Source of the DNA: Azolla caroliniana
Taxonomy: Eukaryota > Plantae > Polypodiophyta
NCBI GenBank assembly: GCA_043228905.1
Contig: JBHGNT010000005.1
Coordinates: 1,116,001-1,180,000 of the forward strand
Direction: 5' to 3'
DNA: 64,000 bases
Position 1 is the stretch's first letter; each line of letters opens with the position of its first letter. Below the pieces are notes generated by a model. The model did not search any database. It saw only the letters and a list, made by a program, of their open reading frames with translations, and was not told where the DNA came from. Below are positions 1 to 14,165 of the stretch, piece after piece. The translations under genes were made by a program, and so were the position numbers.

Positions 1-100
1 GTTTGTCGCAAGCCTTTGTCGGCGTCGTCCGAACAATAATCTCAAACAAATGTTTCGCCTTCTTACTTAATGGATCTTCTTCTACGGAGAGACAAACCAT
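1..100 (-). CDS. Possible first coding exon of a gene leaving the left edge (MVCLSVEEDPLSKKAKHLFEIIVRTTPTKACDK...); weak resemblance to a phosphoglucomutase N-terminus
   Basis: ATG at 100-98, open frame to the window edge, preceded by a (CA)n leader like those upstream of other genes here. 'TPTKACDK' loosely recalls PGM 'PTKPIEGQKTGTSG'; too short to confirm. Confidence 0.3.
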   Translation of the reverse strand, partial: MVCLSVEEDPLSKKAKHLFEIIVRTTPTKACDK

Positions 101-111
101 TCCCTTCTGGG

Positions 112-158
112 TGTGTTTGTGTTGTGTTGTGTTGTGTGTGTGTGTGTGTGTGTGTGTG
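112..158. repeat. (GT)n/(GTTGT)n microsatellite
   Basis: Direct reading. Confidence 0.9.
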
Positions 159-1389
159 TTTCGGGGGAGAGCGTGGGCTGGGGGGTCATTTTTCCTTGGG
201 GGGCAGGCACCACACGCATGCACAAGAAAGACATAGGGGATCTTATCTCTTATTTCATGTAATGCTACTTAGTAGTGTCTCATTTTGGTGGGGGTCCTCC
301 ACAATGGCTTGGGGCTTTCAAGGAATGCAATATAATGTGCATGAAATGATGTTCCTTGCACATTATTTTCAATTAATTAAATGCAATTTCTTTCCATTGC
401 AAAATCAAAATCAAAATCAACCGAACTAACAAACAACCGACGGATGGATGGACGGACATTCAAATATATTATGTGAGGCCAATATATTTGAATGTCCTTT
501 TTGGCGTTGGGCCGACACATTTTACCACAAACGTACGCAGTCACAAATCTGAATGTTTGGGGAGCACACAATACATTATGTCGTGAATGTCTAGCCTCTA
601 GGCCATAATTTTGACACAAATGTATGAAGTCATAACTTTCAGTATTTTAAGGTTATATTTGGGGTAGAATGATCGATTTTAATGCTATCTAATGTTCTAT
701 CTTTATTTTTGGAATGCCTAACATTCCAGTATTTGATATGATATTTCATGATGACTTTGTAAATTACTGCTTTTTCAGAGTAGCTCGGATGCACATTCAT
801 GTCATTGTGACCATCAAACATCACTATGTACCTACTTTTGCCCTTTACAAATGCTTTTCAAAAGCATATTCTTATAAGTTCCTATTGATGTGAATTAGGA
901 TTCACATTGCTTTTTGTTTAAGTCGTGAAATACTACTATAGAATAGCCTTTGTAATGATATGTTGACACTGACATGTGGAAAAGCCTTGACGAGCTCGTG
1001 GCCAACTTGGAAATGCACATATAGTTATTTGGAACCAATTGAACGCATCAAGAAAATCTCAAGTACGAAGGTACCATTCCTTTATGTGTTTATGCGTAAC
1101 ATACATTGGTGTCTATGCATTGCATTGTTTGCATTTAGTCGGGCAAAATATACACATCAATAAACGAAATTAGTAAATGAGAAATGTCCTCGATAAACCA
1201 ACAGACTTTTGCAAGCACGAGAAACTAGCGCCCCCCTCGTTTCATTATAGTTCAGCCTTTATCATTACAAGTTACAACTCCAAACAAACTCTATCAATGG
1301 AGTGCTACTATAAAACAATAGGATTTCAAGTTCTTTCTTTAAGCTTTTTACATTATTATCATCCATATTCATTGTTAAATCAAGTATAG

Positions 1390-1700
1390 CATCAATGTCA
1401 TTGCATCCCAACCTCATTGCTGAAATTAGAGATGGCAAATTGTAAGCTGATCATAATCTCTTTCGACGAAACCCCAACAACATGATCTATTTAACCATAA
1501 CCAACGCAAACCTTAGCTACATGACCCACAAATTAATCTAAATGAGAGGCAACAATCACCAAATAGTAGATATCTTTCCCAAGGCACTTAGAGTGAACAT
1601 TATTTGGAACAATTTTCAACAACACTTGGCCTACACCCCCTTGATCCACCAAACTTGAGGAGTGAAGGAAAACCAAGCTCATTGTCCATATAATAGTACA
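1390..1700 (+). mobile_element. Degenerate Ty1/copia RNase H end remnant
   Basis: + strand ~1559-1630 reads QIVDIFPKAL...NNFQQHLG, matching the copia RNase H C-terminal motif Q.ADIFTKAL. Heavily decayed; boundaries approximate. Confidence 0.45.
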
Positions 1701-1944
1701 ACATAGTTTGTGTTGAGGGGATATTTTATTTTTATTGAATAGGGTGGATCTTATATGATATTTCGACAGAATAGAATAATCTATGGCTCCACGGATTGAA
1801 ATCTTGATAGAGCTTGGTTGTGTGTGGGACAATGTCTTTCTCGCATGGATTAAGCCTTCCACTCCATTCTAGAGGACTGTGAAGGGTTGCCTTCTATTGT
1901 TGCTATGGTTTCCATTCTGGATGTTGATCTACACATGTGGTGAT

Positions 1945-1947
<3 letters not shown>

Positions 1948-1998
<51 letters not shown>
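1948..1998. repeat. (CT)n microsatellite (~25 units) abutting the 5' end of LINE copy 1
   Basis: Direct reading. Confidence 0.95.
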
Positions 1999-2000
<2 letters not shown>

Positions 2001-3057
2001 GGTACAACCACACGATTGATAACACTTTAATCTCTCATGAGAACCGCAATAAAGTAATACGCCAAGACATATGGCAAATTTACACTCGCTATAAATGGAT
2101 CACCCCACAAAAGCCACTCCCATCTAAAATGTTGTACTATAAGGAACACTTCATACACTTCTCTGAGTTAGGTTTTATCACGCGGCCAAAATATCTAGAT
2201 GTATTCTTACCACATGCACTAAGGGTTGCCATTGGACAACTAGAATATCATCTCACCAACTTGAGATTGAGAATGGTCGTACTAATGGAGTCCCTAGGGA
2301 GGGAAGGATATGTAGGTTATGTCACATAGAGATAGAGGATGAGTATCACTTTACATGCAAGTGCCCAATCTACGCCGAGATAAGGGCAAAATACCAAGAC
2401 ATACTTGGTTCCTCTCCCACCCTCCCCAAATTATTAGATACTCTAGATATAAAGAAATTAGGCAAATACATTCTAGAGCTAAAACAACACAAAGAAAATA
2501 AGTTACAAAATGTTGACAATAATGTTGCTAATGTTCACCAACATGTAACAAATGAAGTTTCTTAGGAATAGGGGGAGCCAACAAATGTCGACACACTTGC
2601 ACCACTCGGCCTTTCCCTTGATGAGGCAGAAAACCAAAGAAGAACCAGACGTCCTCGGGTATCGAGTTTCAAAGCAACTCGGCGTGGTGTGGAAGCAATA
2701 ATGAAAATAAGGGAACGTGAGCTACACCGCCTAGAAGCCATGGCTAGGGCACTCTCTACATTGGAACCACGGGTCACACCCACATCAAAACCCTTTGACC
2801 CCCCACTTCTTTTCGAGAGGCTTGGGTGGAAATAAAATTAGGATTAGTGTAAAGTCACTTCCTTTATCGAGTATACCACGTATTGTACACTACTAGAACT
2901 CTTTTAGCTTAAGTTCTATGTTTACTCTATTTTATTTTAGTTATGATGACTGGATAAATACTCATTTTGTTGTAAACCAATTGTCTCATGGGCCAAATTT
3001 GGCCTTAAAAGACGTTAATATATCTTTCTTTCTTTCTTTCTTTCTCTCTCTTTCTTT
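1999..3057 (+). mobile_element. 5'-truncated non-LTR retrotransposon (LINE) copy 1: C-terminal zinc finger, 3' UTR, (CTTT)n tail
   Basis: Near-collinear with the reverse complement of 53843-54922. Encodes (frameshifted) VAIGQL..SHQLEIE.GR..REGRICRLCHIEIEDEYHFTCKCPIYAEIRAKY. Ends GGCCAAATTTGGCC-ttaaaa-GACGTTAATATA-(TCTT)n. Confidence 0.9.
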
Positions 3058-4191
3058 GTAATTTGCATAAGCACATGTCATATTACCGAAAGACTTGATG
3101 AACTCACTACCCATCCAAGGGTATCACAATCACCATCCTACATTTAACTCCCTTCCCACGAGGATGATAAGGCCTCTTCAAATAGCATTCTACCACTAAC
3201 ACTTTTGTTGTCCACTATTCTTGCCTATTAGCTCTCATGCATGCCTAAACATATTGGAAATACGAGAGAAGAGTGAAAGTGAGAAGTAATTACATTATAT
3301 TATAACACTACAAATTAACATGGAAAGTTGAAAGACAGTTCTATATTACAACACATACAACACATATTTAAGCCACTCAGCAGCTTAAATATGTTTAATA
3401 CTTGTAATGACTCAATCACTAGACCACTTGACTTGGTATCCTCTCCATATTTAAAATAGCCTTCAACCCTAACAAAGTGTTCTTCATTTCCTACTAATTT
3501 ACAAACATGACCTTCCAATTGTTACATATCCCTTAGTCTAAACAACAATTTACCTATTATTGGCTTTAGACTTCTATATTGAGTATAAAAGAGTTTAACA
3601 GTTGACATAAGTTGTTATTCTCAAGGATTATGCTCGATAAAAAAAGCCCACTTGATTTCAGCCTTTAAATAAAGGTTTTATCCCTCACAAGCCTAAACAT
3701 TTCCATGTTTTTCCCATGTCATAATACAAATCATGCAAATGATAATATACAATCATTTTCTCATGTATTCATATCTCATCACCAAGAACGGCAAAGGAAT
3801 AACATCTATATAAAAGAAAATAAAAGAAGCTCAAGCCAGCGAAAATGGTTCTGAGCTTTATATCTAATCTGCACTTCATCGTTACTTAGCATTTTGAGAG
3901 CAGCATAACATCAGTCAGGGACTAAGCAGATACATTTTGAGAAGCAACAGGTTCATGGTATACAGTTGAGAGGCAATACCATTTGAGGTATCATTGAAAG
4001 TGAAACATGAATTATGTACCATAAGCATTGATAAAGATTTAGTCTAATTACGCTGACTTACATGATGAGTATATACACATGTATAAGAGGAGCATACTCG
4101 GGCATACAAATTTAGTCCAAAGCTTCAGGACTCGCATATAATACAAATTTGGGTTATTACGTAAGAACCATATATTTGGAAGTTTCTAAGT

Positions 4192-7100
4192 TCATGCAAT
4201 GGAACTGCTAGAGGCTACTAAGTTGCTATGCCTTCTTCTAAGCCCCAACAAAACTTGATCCTTTTCACATTCCTCGATACAGTTCGTAGAACTTACAAGT
4301 TCATTTTCTTGCTCCACATCCACTTCATCTATCAAAATTTCATTGTTTGAGTTTACGATGTTTGGTATAGACCAAGAACTGGTCTCCTCATTACAGCCAT
4401 TGGCATCTGGTTGATTAAAAGTAGATGAACTCAAAGGTGCAGTTTTTTCTTCATCTTTTCCACCACCATAATTATGTAGCCTCTTGCCAATAAGATATCG
4501 ATCGTCGCGTATGGAATTATGGAGCTTAGAAAGCCAATAGTGTAGCCTTTTAACTCCATACCATGTCAACCCAAGCAAAAGGCATCCGGACCAAGCAAAA
4601 CGGTAAACGGCTGAGTTCACAATAAGAGGAAATCCCAACACTGGAAAAAAACCCCTTGCAAAGACGTATGGAACACAAAGAGCTGTCAAAAGCTTCACAA
4701 GAATGGGTAGAACAATGTCATGCATAATCCAAAGACCCTGAAGACGTGTGAAGCCATCAGCCTTAACTCGTTCAAATTTTGTGCGCCAGCTATCATCAAC
4801 TAAAGGGGCTATTTGACCCAACATAACCTGTTCAGATCAAACCAAACATTGATTATCTGCTTTCAAGGGCAAAAATTTCTCTTTTTTACATTTTCATTTT
4901 CTTTCTTGTTTCCGTTTCCGCTTTCACTTCATTTTCGTTTTCTTTGGAGATGGTTAGGGAGAGGAAGAGGGGACTTACCAGCCTTGTCCAGATCTTCAGA
5001 AATACCAGGCCCAAAGCCCAATCCTGGTACAGAAGGAACATAGGACTCTCGTCTATCGGAACACGCAAAGGAATTACAACCAACAGCTCGAACAGCAGAC
5101 CAATCAACACAGGAATCACTATAATCTGTAGGACATAATACATCCTATCAAATTACACAACTGCACAACATATAGAAATTGCTTAGCCAAATACTCAATT
5201 TTACCCAAAAAGTTAGAATCAGTGAGCTTTTCCATATGATCCCAGTCCACTTCATTATCTGCAGGAGGAGAATCTTGGCATTGTGTGTTTTTAGATAATT
5301 TACAGCATACCCAATTGCTGCAACAGTTGCCCAAATGACATAACATCCAATGTTAAAGGCATATAAATCTGCAACGATGGAAGGCCAATTTCAAACATGG
5401 TTGTCCACTTATGAAACTATATACTGAAAACATAATCACTACATATACCATTGCATTTTACACCATAAATTATTGGGACGCTGGATATTGAAGAAAATAT
5501 TGCTCGACCAAGTGAAACAGGTACCAGCATCATAGAAGAATTGAAAAACAGTAGTGTAATCCACGCACCTACCAAAAGAAGCACTATTCGAAACACAAAC
5601 ATGTACCTAATCCAAAAAACATAAACGTGTGAATTCCTTTTCTTGAAAAAATTCCTGTCCATTTTGTATGACGCAAAACCTACTCTTCAGAATCATTTTG
5701 ATGATCAATTTCCACCCCTACATCGTTAACAGGAGCTTGCAATTGTTCAATACCATGCACAGGTACCTCTTGGTCATGAGGCCCCCTTCCCTGATCATTT
5801 GCCTCCTCTCTTGGTGGAAGTAGGAAGTCCAAAAGTCCTAAAGCCCAGCCCATCACAGAAAACCAATAGAAGAGAACAGTTTTTAGAGTTGCTTTTGGTC
5901 TAAAATGCTCAATTGCAAATGGGATGCAAATATGGAATACGAGCATGTCAGCCGGTATTTCAGTAAATGGATCAGAAATTCTGCATCAAATAAAGAGCAG
6001 AAATCTCATCAGGATACAACTGCCAATTTCCATGTGACAATCATCTATAGCAAGGAAAATTCCATTTACCTAATATCAAGTGGGAATAATGATGGAGCTA
6101 CCGATAAAGCAAGTTTGAGCGGTAAAAATATCAGCATCACTATAAGACTACCATAAACTAGCACAGAGAGAAGAACTCGGCGAGCATGCTTATGGATTGG
6201 ATCCTCAACTAAATCATGAAAAGGATTATAATTTGGATCAGCTGGATCTCGCAAAAAGTACAGTACCCCAGGCTTAAGAACCTACAACGTGGAAAACAAA
6301 ATATCATTGCTCATTAGTTACCTTTGAGTTCAATTCACAAATTAGAAAATATGAACTGGCAACGTACCTCTCGGAGTAAGCTCACAAAGATGCTAATGTG
6401 CAGCATATATACAATTCCAACAAGCCAATGCAAGAGAGAGCTTGTGAGAGGTGAAGCCCAAAAGAAGGCTACACGATTCCCTATCGTACCACCAAACATG
6501 CTGAGAGTGCAAATATCTAGCCACCCGCCACATAGCAGGGGAAAAACTCCAAGTTCTACAAGCAAGAGGAAAGCAACTTTGAACATCATCATTATGTACT
6601 TTAGAGCTGCTATAACTTGTCTTGCCACAGTAGGTGCAGCTTCAGCCAGAGAAGTCACTCTTTGAAGTCGACCTATAGCAAGTGGCTCTCCTCTCATGTA
6701 CTTGATCAAGGCTCTGACTGCGAGGTGGAAACCAACTGTTGCAATCACAACCATGTAACCTGCTGCCACAGTCGTTGCATCTGAAAACTTCAATGATGTA
6801 GCATCTATACCAGTTTCTCCCATCTGCATTGCAGACGATGTTTTTGTATTGCTGTCAAATAGCATTTTGAATAGGGATGAACTCCCTAAGATGGAATTCT
6901 CAATCTCAGACACATTCACCAGGCCCATTTTAGTTTTAATGTTTTGATTTGAATCAAACATACTCAAGCTTGACGAGTTACTTCCAGATGGTTCAATAAT
7001 TTTATCGTATGGTCCTATAAGGGTCAGCAGAGATGCCAGGGACAAGACTATACGCCCTAGAGTGAAAGGGAGGAAAGCCACGAGACCAAGGAAAATCGTA

Positions 7101-10100
7101 TTACTGGCAAGCACCTACAAAGACATTATTATTATTCCAAATCTAATATGAGAAAAAAAAAAAAAACTTTAAAAAAGTACTCTCAAAATTGCTTTTAAAG
7201 TCATGTTGTTTAGGAAAAAACTCTGAAATACCCCAGACTTTTTGTTTATTTCCTCAAATGACCCTAATTTTTCATTATATCCCCAAAACCTTTGGGTTAA
7301 CCCCCAAAAGAGCCATTGCATGGTCAATTCATCCCATTTCTTCAACATGTGCTATATGAACGACTGTATGCTCAATTCATTTCCTCTTTCTCTCTTTCGC
7401 AGGTTAACCAAAGGCAGTTGGGAAAATAATGAAAACTCACAGGTACTGCAGAATACAAAAAAACTCAGGGGTATTTGGAGTTCTTTCCTATTTTACTTAA
7501 CTGTAAGTGCATTCTCCAACAAGTGGAAAACGGGACCTTGCATTCCAACAAGCTCATCAAAAGGCACATCATCCACATCATCTGCACCATCAAACATTTG
7601 CTCAACATGGGCTTCTAGGCGAGCAGCTTGTTGTTCAAGACGTGCAGCCACATTTTCAGCATTTCTTCTTATAAGTTGGCCTGCTCCCACAGCTATACCT
7701 TGACCTATACCACCACCTTCTCTATTAGCGACACCTTCTCCACCCACAACTCTATCACCTTCAGCTTGCCTTCTAACTTCTCTTCCCTGAACATCATTCT
7801 CCCTATCCACAACATGACCACCTAACTCTCTTAAATGACGGAAATATTCTCGTAATGATGTAGCACCAAGAAAGATGAACACGATGCCAGCTGATAATAA
7901 AAATCCATGGACACAATCGGTAAAGAGTAAAGTGGGTGTGAGCCGATGAATAAACACCCACTTGGCATCAGAAATGTTTCTAATAAATGCCAACCTCCAG
8001 ATCCAGAAAGTCATGAAAGGAATGAAGACCAGCCATACTGATAGAACAAAAGACAGTCGTAGGAAGAAATGCATGCTTCGACCTGCCTTGATAGCCAGCC
8101 CCAAAACAAACTCATGGTATGAGAGCCTTGCCGGAGCATTCTCAGCATAGACAGGAGAAAAAGCAAAAGGGTGCTTGCAAACCTGCAGTTCCGCTTGTCA
8201 TATTAAGTTCACAAGAATCAATGGTTCATGTGTCACTATTTAAGAAGAATACAGATTCTTATTAATGCCAGCTTAAAGGCTATAATGGTGCTAATTAACT
8301 TACTGACTACATGTAACGAACAGATCATACCCCTGATTAGAAATTGAAGAGAATTCAGTGATATGAGAAATTACAGAACATAAACATAATTTTGTATAAT
8401 AATTGTAAATGCGCACATATGACATATAACACATACAGATACAAAACATAGATGTTATACGATTGGGCCTCTACATATCAAGCCAGCATTCCTCATAGTT
8501 TTGAATTTTACATCATGATTGACATCATAGCATTTCTGCTTCCCACATGTTTCATCGGTAAGTAGCCCATAAATACTTATCATGATCCACTCATAATTCT
8601 CCATTAGGCAAGAACCAAAGGCTTTCAAACTATTGCAAAAAAATTCCCTTGAAACATCGACCCACTCCTATCCTACATGTGTAGAAAAATTCCAAAAGGC
8701 AAAAAAGCATAGGAAAGACAGCCGAACAGAAGGGATAATTATTGTTCAACAGCTTTAATGGTAATGACTAGACCTACTAACTAATCCATCAAGAATAATA
8801 AAACGGAAGAAGATATAAAAATAGACAGTTTAATCAAACAGAGAAGATCCTTGAACCATTCTTCGGTGTTTCAGGCATGGAATTTCAATAATAATGGAAA
8901 CATCATTAACTACCAGCCAACATTTATAGATGATAATACAAATATCAGAATAATGATCATGAGTGAAATATCATGATATGGTTTAATTACTCCTTGGATC
9001 TTACAGCATGTGTGAAGTTGCATCATCTAAATTAGGAATATTCTGGTGCATTACAAAGAGCAATTGGGACAAATAGCTTTCAAAATATTGACAGCTTTGT
9101 GCCCAAAGAATAAATAACGCTCAAATATTCCTTGTGTAGACTTAACAGGCAATCAGCACAAAATGATGTTCTTGTATCAAATTGTTAAGTAATGAGCACA
9201 ACAGTTTCTGGAGTCACTTATTTTCTGCATCTCCACAGTTGGACACAGCTTCAATTTCAATTTATTCTCGAGATTTTTCTTGCAGTGTTTAAAAGTATTT
9301 CAAAGATTCCAATAACTATCATGTGTGCTTTTTAGAAGAGAAACAAAAAAAGGTTAGCCAGCAAAATTTCATAACAAATTTATTACTGTTCACTACTTAC
9401 TAGCCCTGGTATAAGTTGAAACAAAAAACAAAGGTGCAACATCTACATATATATGAATATATATGATATATATGTATAAATAATCTTGAAATTTTACAGT
9501 ACTTCTAAAATTTTAAGAGGTTATGGACATGTCATGCATATTCACCAGCCCTTTCTGAAAGGGAGGAAAGAGCAAAACCTTTGAAATATGAAATTAAACA
9601 ATTACAGAAATTAGAAGCAAATGTTCTCTGTCAGAAAATTGAATGTCTACGGGAGTAAGAAATGACAAGAAATTAAAATTAGAAGTTCTTCAACAGAACT
9701 CAGACTTGCTGGCTGCATAAATGAGTAAACAACTAACTAATCTACACCTGAAAAGGGTTTTTAAAGTAGCCTAGCTCACTAGACAGGTAACAAAATTTGA
9801 AAATATTAACCTTCACCAATACACTTACAAGCAGAAAAATACATGTTGAAGTGGTCACTTTATTAAGAATAAGTTGGAACATGTTTGGTTTATGGAAATC
9901 GTTCAAAAAACAGAAAAAATTTAAAAAGAAGTGAAAACAAAGTCCACATTTTGTTGGTCATATGGGAACTAAAAGATTTGGCGTGCGCACATAAAGCACA
10001 AATAGACATACCAACTTTTACAAAGAACTGATGATAATGTTGAGGTACTTGTTTCTCAAATCCTCCATTACTTAGGATTAGTAAGAATCTTGCATTGTGA

Positions 10101-12899
10101 AAATTTCTTTAAAAACTCAGATATTTCTTAGGTATCGTGATGTCAACATTTTTACTAGTTTCAAAATTAAAATGTATGAGATTGATAATTGGGTATTTTC
10201 AGGCTAAATACTGATTCAGGAAAAAAGCATACAATGAGAGGTACAAGTTTCAACTTCCATTTAATGTTGGTTAGCTCCTAATGACAGATTAATACAAGAG
10301 ACTTTGTTGACATTACTTTATTTCCTTCATTTTACTTGCATTGATCAACTCTTTCTTAAATCGCAGACCTTATATTTTTAAGAAGATGCAAAAGAAAAGA
10401 AAGAGCCAATATATCCCTTCATTGAGAGATGGTTGATATTCTCAATTTGCCTCTTCAATATAAAACTCTGCAATACACTATTGCTTTTATTTTCTATTTG
10501 TTATTTCATTGTTTCACTGGAGTGAAGTGTCTACTATCACATTTTATCATTATCTCAGTTGAATAACTATGTTTTTAATCGAAATAATAGATTAAAGAAC
10601 CTTGCATTCTTAGTCTGAGACACTAATAATACTTTCAGGGTAATTGCTAATCAGGGTTTCAACTAGCCTTTTTTTCAACTAATGGCTGATGTCAACATCG
10701 TACATCTTCTTAGGTCTCTTCTCTGGCTAGCTAAGATGCGAAATTACAAATCCACAAACCACTTTATAGAAAACAAAATTGCAATATGCTACTTCAACCC
10801 AGCCTGTAACCATGCTAAGAGAGTGTGCTGTACTCATTCATAACAAAAACCAGAGCTGGCAACCAGTAGTGAACTATAAAAAGGAGGCAATTGAAGTGTT
10901 AACAATTTCAAATACCTTCCATTTGGCATATCTAACCAACAAACAAGGAACAGGTTTCTAAAAGCACAGCTCAATACCATGACTTTTAAAGCATAGGCCA
11001 CTTGAGCCCAAGCCAACGATGGGAGATTAGATTGATAGTATTTGATAGATGTAACATGCAAACTCAGATATATGGATCTGACGTTTGGGGAGGCAGAATT
11101 TCATCAAGCTCATGGAATGAGATGGACAATTATATGCCGCCATTTAGAGGTTAGGCGCGCAACCCAGACTGTATAATGGTCCATACTCCATAATGGTTCT
11201 AGACATATGCTACTGGAGGAAGGCCAGTAGATTTGTATGCACTTCAAAGAAATTGTGAGTGCAGATTGGTAGAAAGAACGATGCCTGAAAACCACCTCCC
11301 TGAGGCTGCATAGGAAATTGGATGCTTATCAAAGAAACCCACACAAAAATTTCTTTCATCCAGCAGGATCCAAGACATTCAGGAATGGTTTGCGAGATGG
11401 CCACAACACTGCACCATTCACTTCAATCAATTCTATACATTGCCCTCCTCTGCATCTTGATCTAATCTCTGATATATTGAGCCATGCTTGAATGTGTACC
11501 TAGCTCACCTTCAACCTATTCCCTAACGTACATATAGAGAACATTTGGATGTGCACATAGACAAAAAGATATAGAAAGAAGATATAAGTTCACATTTTAC
11601 TGAGCAATATTGGAAGCCCTTCACATGAAATGCAGAATAGCCCTACATATATCTAAGTTTGAGTACTATTAGAGCAGCATTAATACTCAATCTTGAGAAA
11701 ATTACTAAGCGTGGCTAGCCAATGCCCAAGCTCACAGCTTAACAGCCCTGACCAAAAAGGTGCAACATGTCATTATACTGAACCGCACATATCCACACAA
11801 ATTAAAATATAAAATTAGAATTGCTGAATATTGAGCAGAGAAAGAGAAAATATAACGAACACTAACTCAATGTATCAGAGCAGAAGAATATGCCATTTTG
11901 GCATGCATCCAATACGAAGATCAAAACAATGTAGTTCAGAAATTACCTTAGTTTTTCATTTCAATTTTCGCATTATATTTTCGTTCTACCATTTTAAAAT
12001 CCACCACCTACATGGTAATTGATATTTTCCCTCCAAGGATGATAATCAAATCTGTTTATCAATTTCTCGTATCCAAATCCCAGGGTTCTTTCTATATGCC
12101 ATACAACTGCAAAGTATGATACAGTATTAAGTAGAACAAACACAGTCGTGCAGCTGTATCTTGTGGCATTACACTTGAAAGCAGTTGAACTTTGTTTTCT
12201 AAAAAAATCTGAAATTGACCTCAGAAATTTCATTTTAGAGCATTTACAAGTTCTTCCTTCTAGCTATCATGATAAGAAACCAGTTTTCGAACAGAATATC
12301 GTGATATCAGTATCCTTTTTTATCTTAGAGATAATTTCGACCGTTCATAGATGTAGTTATGTCATTTCATGTGTCTTTCTCCCCTCCACAACCATTGCAT
12401 CTTAATGTTTCGAATATTGTTATGTTTAAAAAAGTGATTAGGTTTCTCTTTCTCCTCATTAATCACGTCAACATAAGTTTCAAAAACCACATAAATATAC
12501 AGTGTTGTTGCACATCATACACATATGGTATGGTAAAGCTTGACAACATTGCCAAATCTAATCCATAGATCATGTTGCCCTTGCAAAGACGTTAGTTCAA
12601 CTTCTTTCTCTCACATCCAGAATCCAAATTGTGTCTTGTTTTACCTCACACTGTCGCGCATTGCTATGGTCGAGCCATTGAAGGAGGCACTCCTGGTGGA
12701 CATACTTGATGCTTCCACTGCACGCGCAGGGATAGTAGAGAGGCGATTGGCCTGATGATGTTCTGCAGATGCGACACGCATCGACATCTTCTTCTTCTTC
12801 GTCGTCGTCCTCGTCCTCGTCCTCGTCGATTTTTAATGGATCATCGGAGCCCGTATCGCTAGGAGGAATCAGACCTGTGTGATCAGCAACCCTAGCCAT
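4192..12899 (-). CDS. SUD1: RING-CH (RINGv) multi-pass membrane E3 ubiquitin ligase, SUD1/CER9/MARCH6/Doa10 family
   Basis: Exons with GT-AG junctions and consistent phase: 12899-12645, 8182-7502, 7114-6368, 6281-6070, 5980-5684, 5606-5449, 5368-5205, 5125-4979, 4827-4192. Motifs: CRICR...YPCACSGSIKYVHQECLLQWLDHSNARQCE|VCKHPFAFSPVYAENAP, DVPFDELVGMQGPVFHL, GVLYFLRDPADPNYNPF, LYQDWALGL, HNSIRDDRYLIGKRLHNY. Confidence 0.95.
11060..11500 (-). mobile_element. Degenerate coding-like remnant in SUD1 intron 1, possibly L1-type ORF1 (DUF4283-like)
   Basis: Fragmentary frames WMKEIFVW...GGGFQASFF and HYTVWVARL resemble plant L1 ORF1 motifs; many stops. Confidence 0.2.
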
Positions 12900-14123
12900 T
12901 GTTCGAACAGAGAACTACAGCCCACGGCACATACGAATAAATAAACATGTACATATATGTGTGTGTGTGTATTTTTTTGTGTGTGTGTGCCCCTGACGTT
13001 TTCTGTTATTCCCCTGTATGCCCTTGGGTCAAGAGTGGAAGAAGAAGGGAGTGTGCTTTCTTGACCAAACCATTATATCCACGACTCGTACCTTGTTTCA
13101 ATCAATCATTCGAGAAATGAACAACTAACAAACACTCAATAGAGACATGGAGAAGAAAGAGCACCTTTTGTCATGTTTGCTACCACGTCCCAAAACCCCC
13201 ATGGCATGCCTCGTCTAGATTGTACTATTGTGCTCGAGTAATCTCGACTCAATCCTTCACATAAATTTCTATGCACAAACAGTTTTAGTCTATTGGCCAT
13301 GGTCGAGCACAAATAAATGTCAGCAATTTCTATTCTCTTATGTGGTCATAGCAAAGTTAGATATTATTTTGCTCTCCTCTCTCTTCTAGAATAAGGTATT
13401 TGCAACATCAATGCACAATATGTCGTTGGTGTCTGTATGTATGCATATTTGTACATGTACATGTGTGTGTGTTAGTCTTTAATTCTTCAAAGGAGAAACG
13501 ATATTAATGTAGTAGGTTTAATTTTTCATCAACCACAAGAATTACCAGTTGCATGGGAGTGGTGTACATCATTTCTACTTTAACATAATTCTTTATGTTA
13601 ACGTTGTCGATATTCTATTTTGTCCTTTTTGAAATGAATATTGGAATGCAATCACCATTATGGATGGAAGACCCATGCTTTACTCCGTAAAGAAGCTTAA
13701 AATCTCTTTTCCCACTTCAACAACTAACCTTGGTGGTAAAGTATTATGAGTGTATGTGTGTGATTTTGGGGGAATCATGATGTTTTATGGATTGCACATA
13801 TGAGTATATTTGCCAATGTCAACAATAGTGAAAGAAAAAACATTATATGTGGTTGTCTATGTTTGACTTTCAATATAAACAAATTTACATCACTATGAAT
13901 AGGGGAATATATATAATTTTACCTTAACCACGAGAATAAATCTTATAGTTATTGTTAATATGTTCATTGTGTGCCGAGGGTTCTACTTGTGTGCATGCAC
14001 TAGCAACCATTCAAGGCATGCACACAATATATCCACCGATGAAAGCATTTCTTCACCATTTGTTTGCTTTCAAATGTAACCACCACAATTACTTTTATTG
14101 ACTAAAGGGGGGGGGGGGGGGGA

Positions 14124-14132
14124 AGAGAGAGA

Positions 14133-14165
<33 letters not shown>

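Noticed and set aside
3-429. Cys/Val-rich ORFs
   Set aside because: Translations of the GT microsatellite.
11330-11500. Possible detached E+/DYW fragment (IELIEVNGAVL...KKFLCG) in SUD1 intron 1
   Set aside because: No HxE or CxxC motif, wrong spacing and multiple stops; other frames fit a decayed TE at least as well.
13226-13315. Inverted repeat TATTGTGCTCGA...TCGAGCACAAATA as a MITE
   Set aside because: Short and imperfect, no TSD and no second copy in the window.
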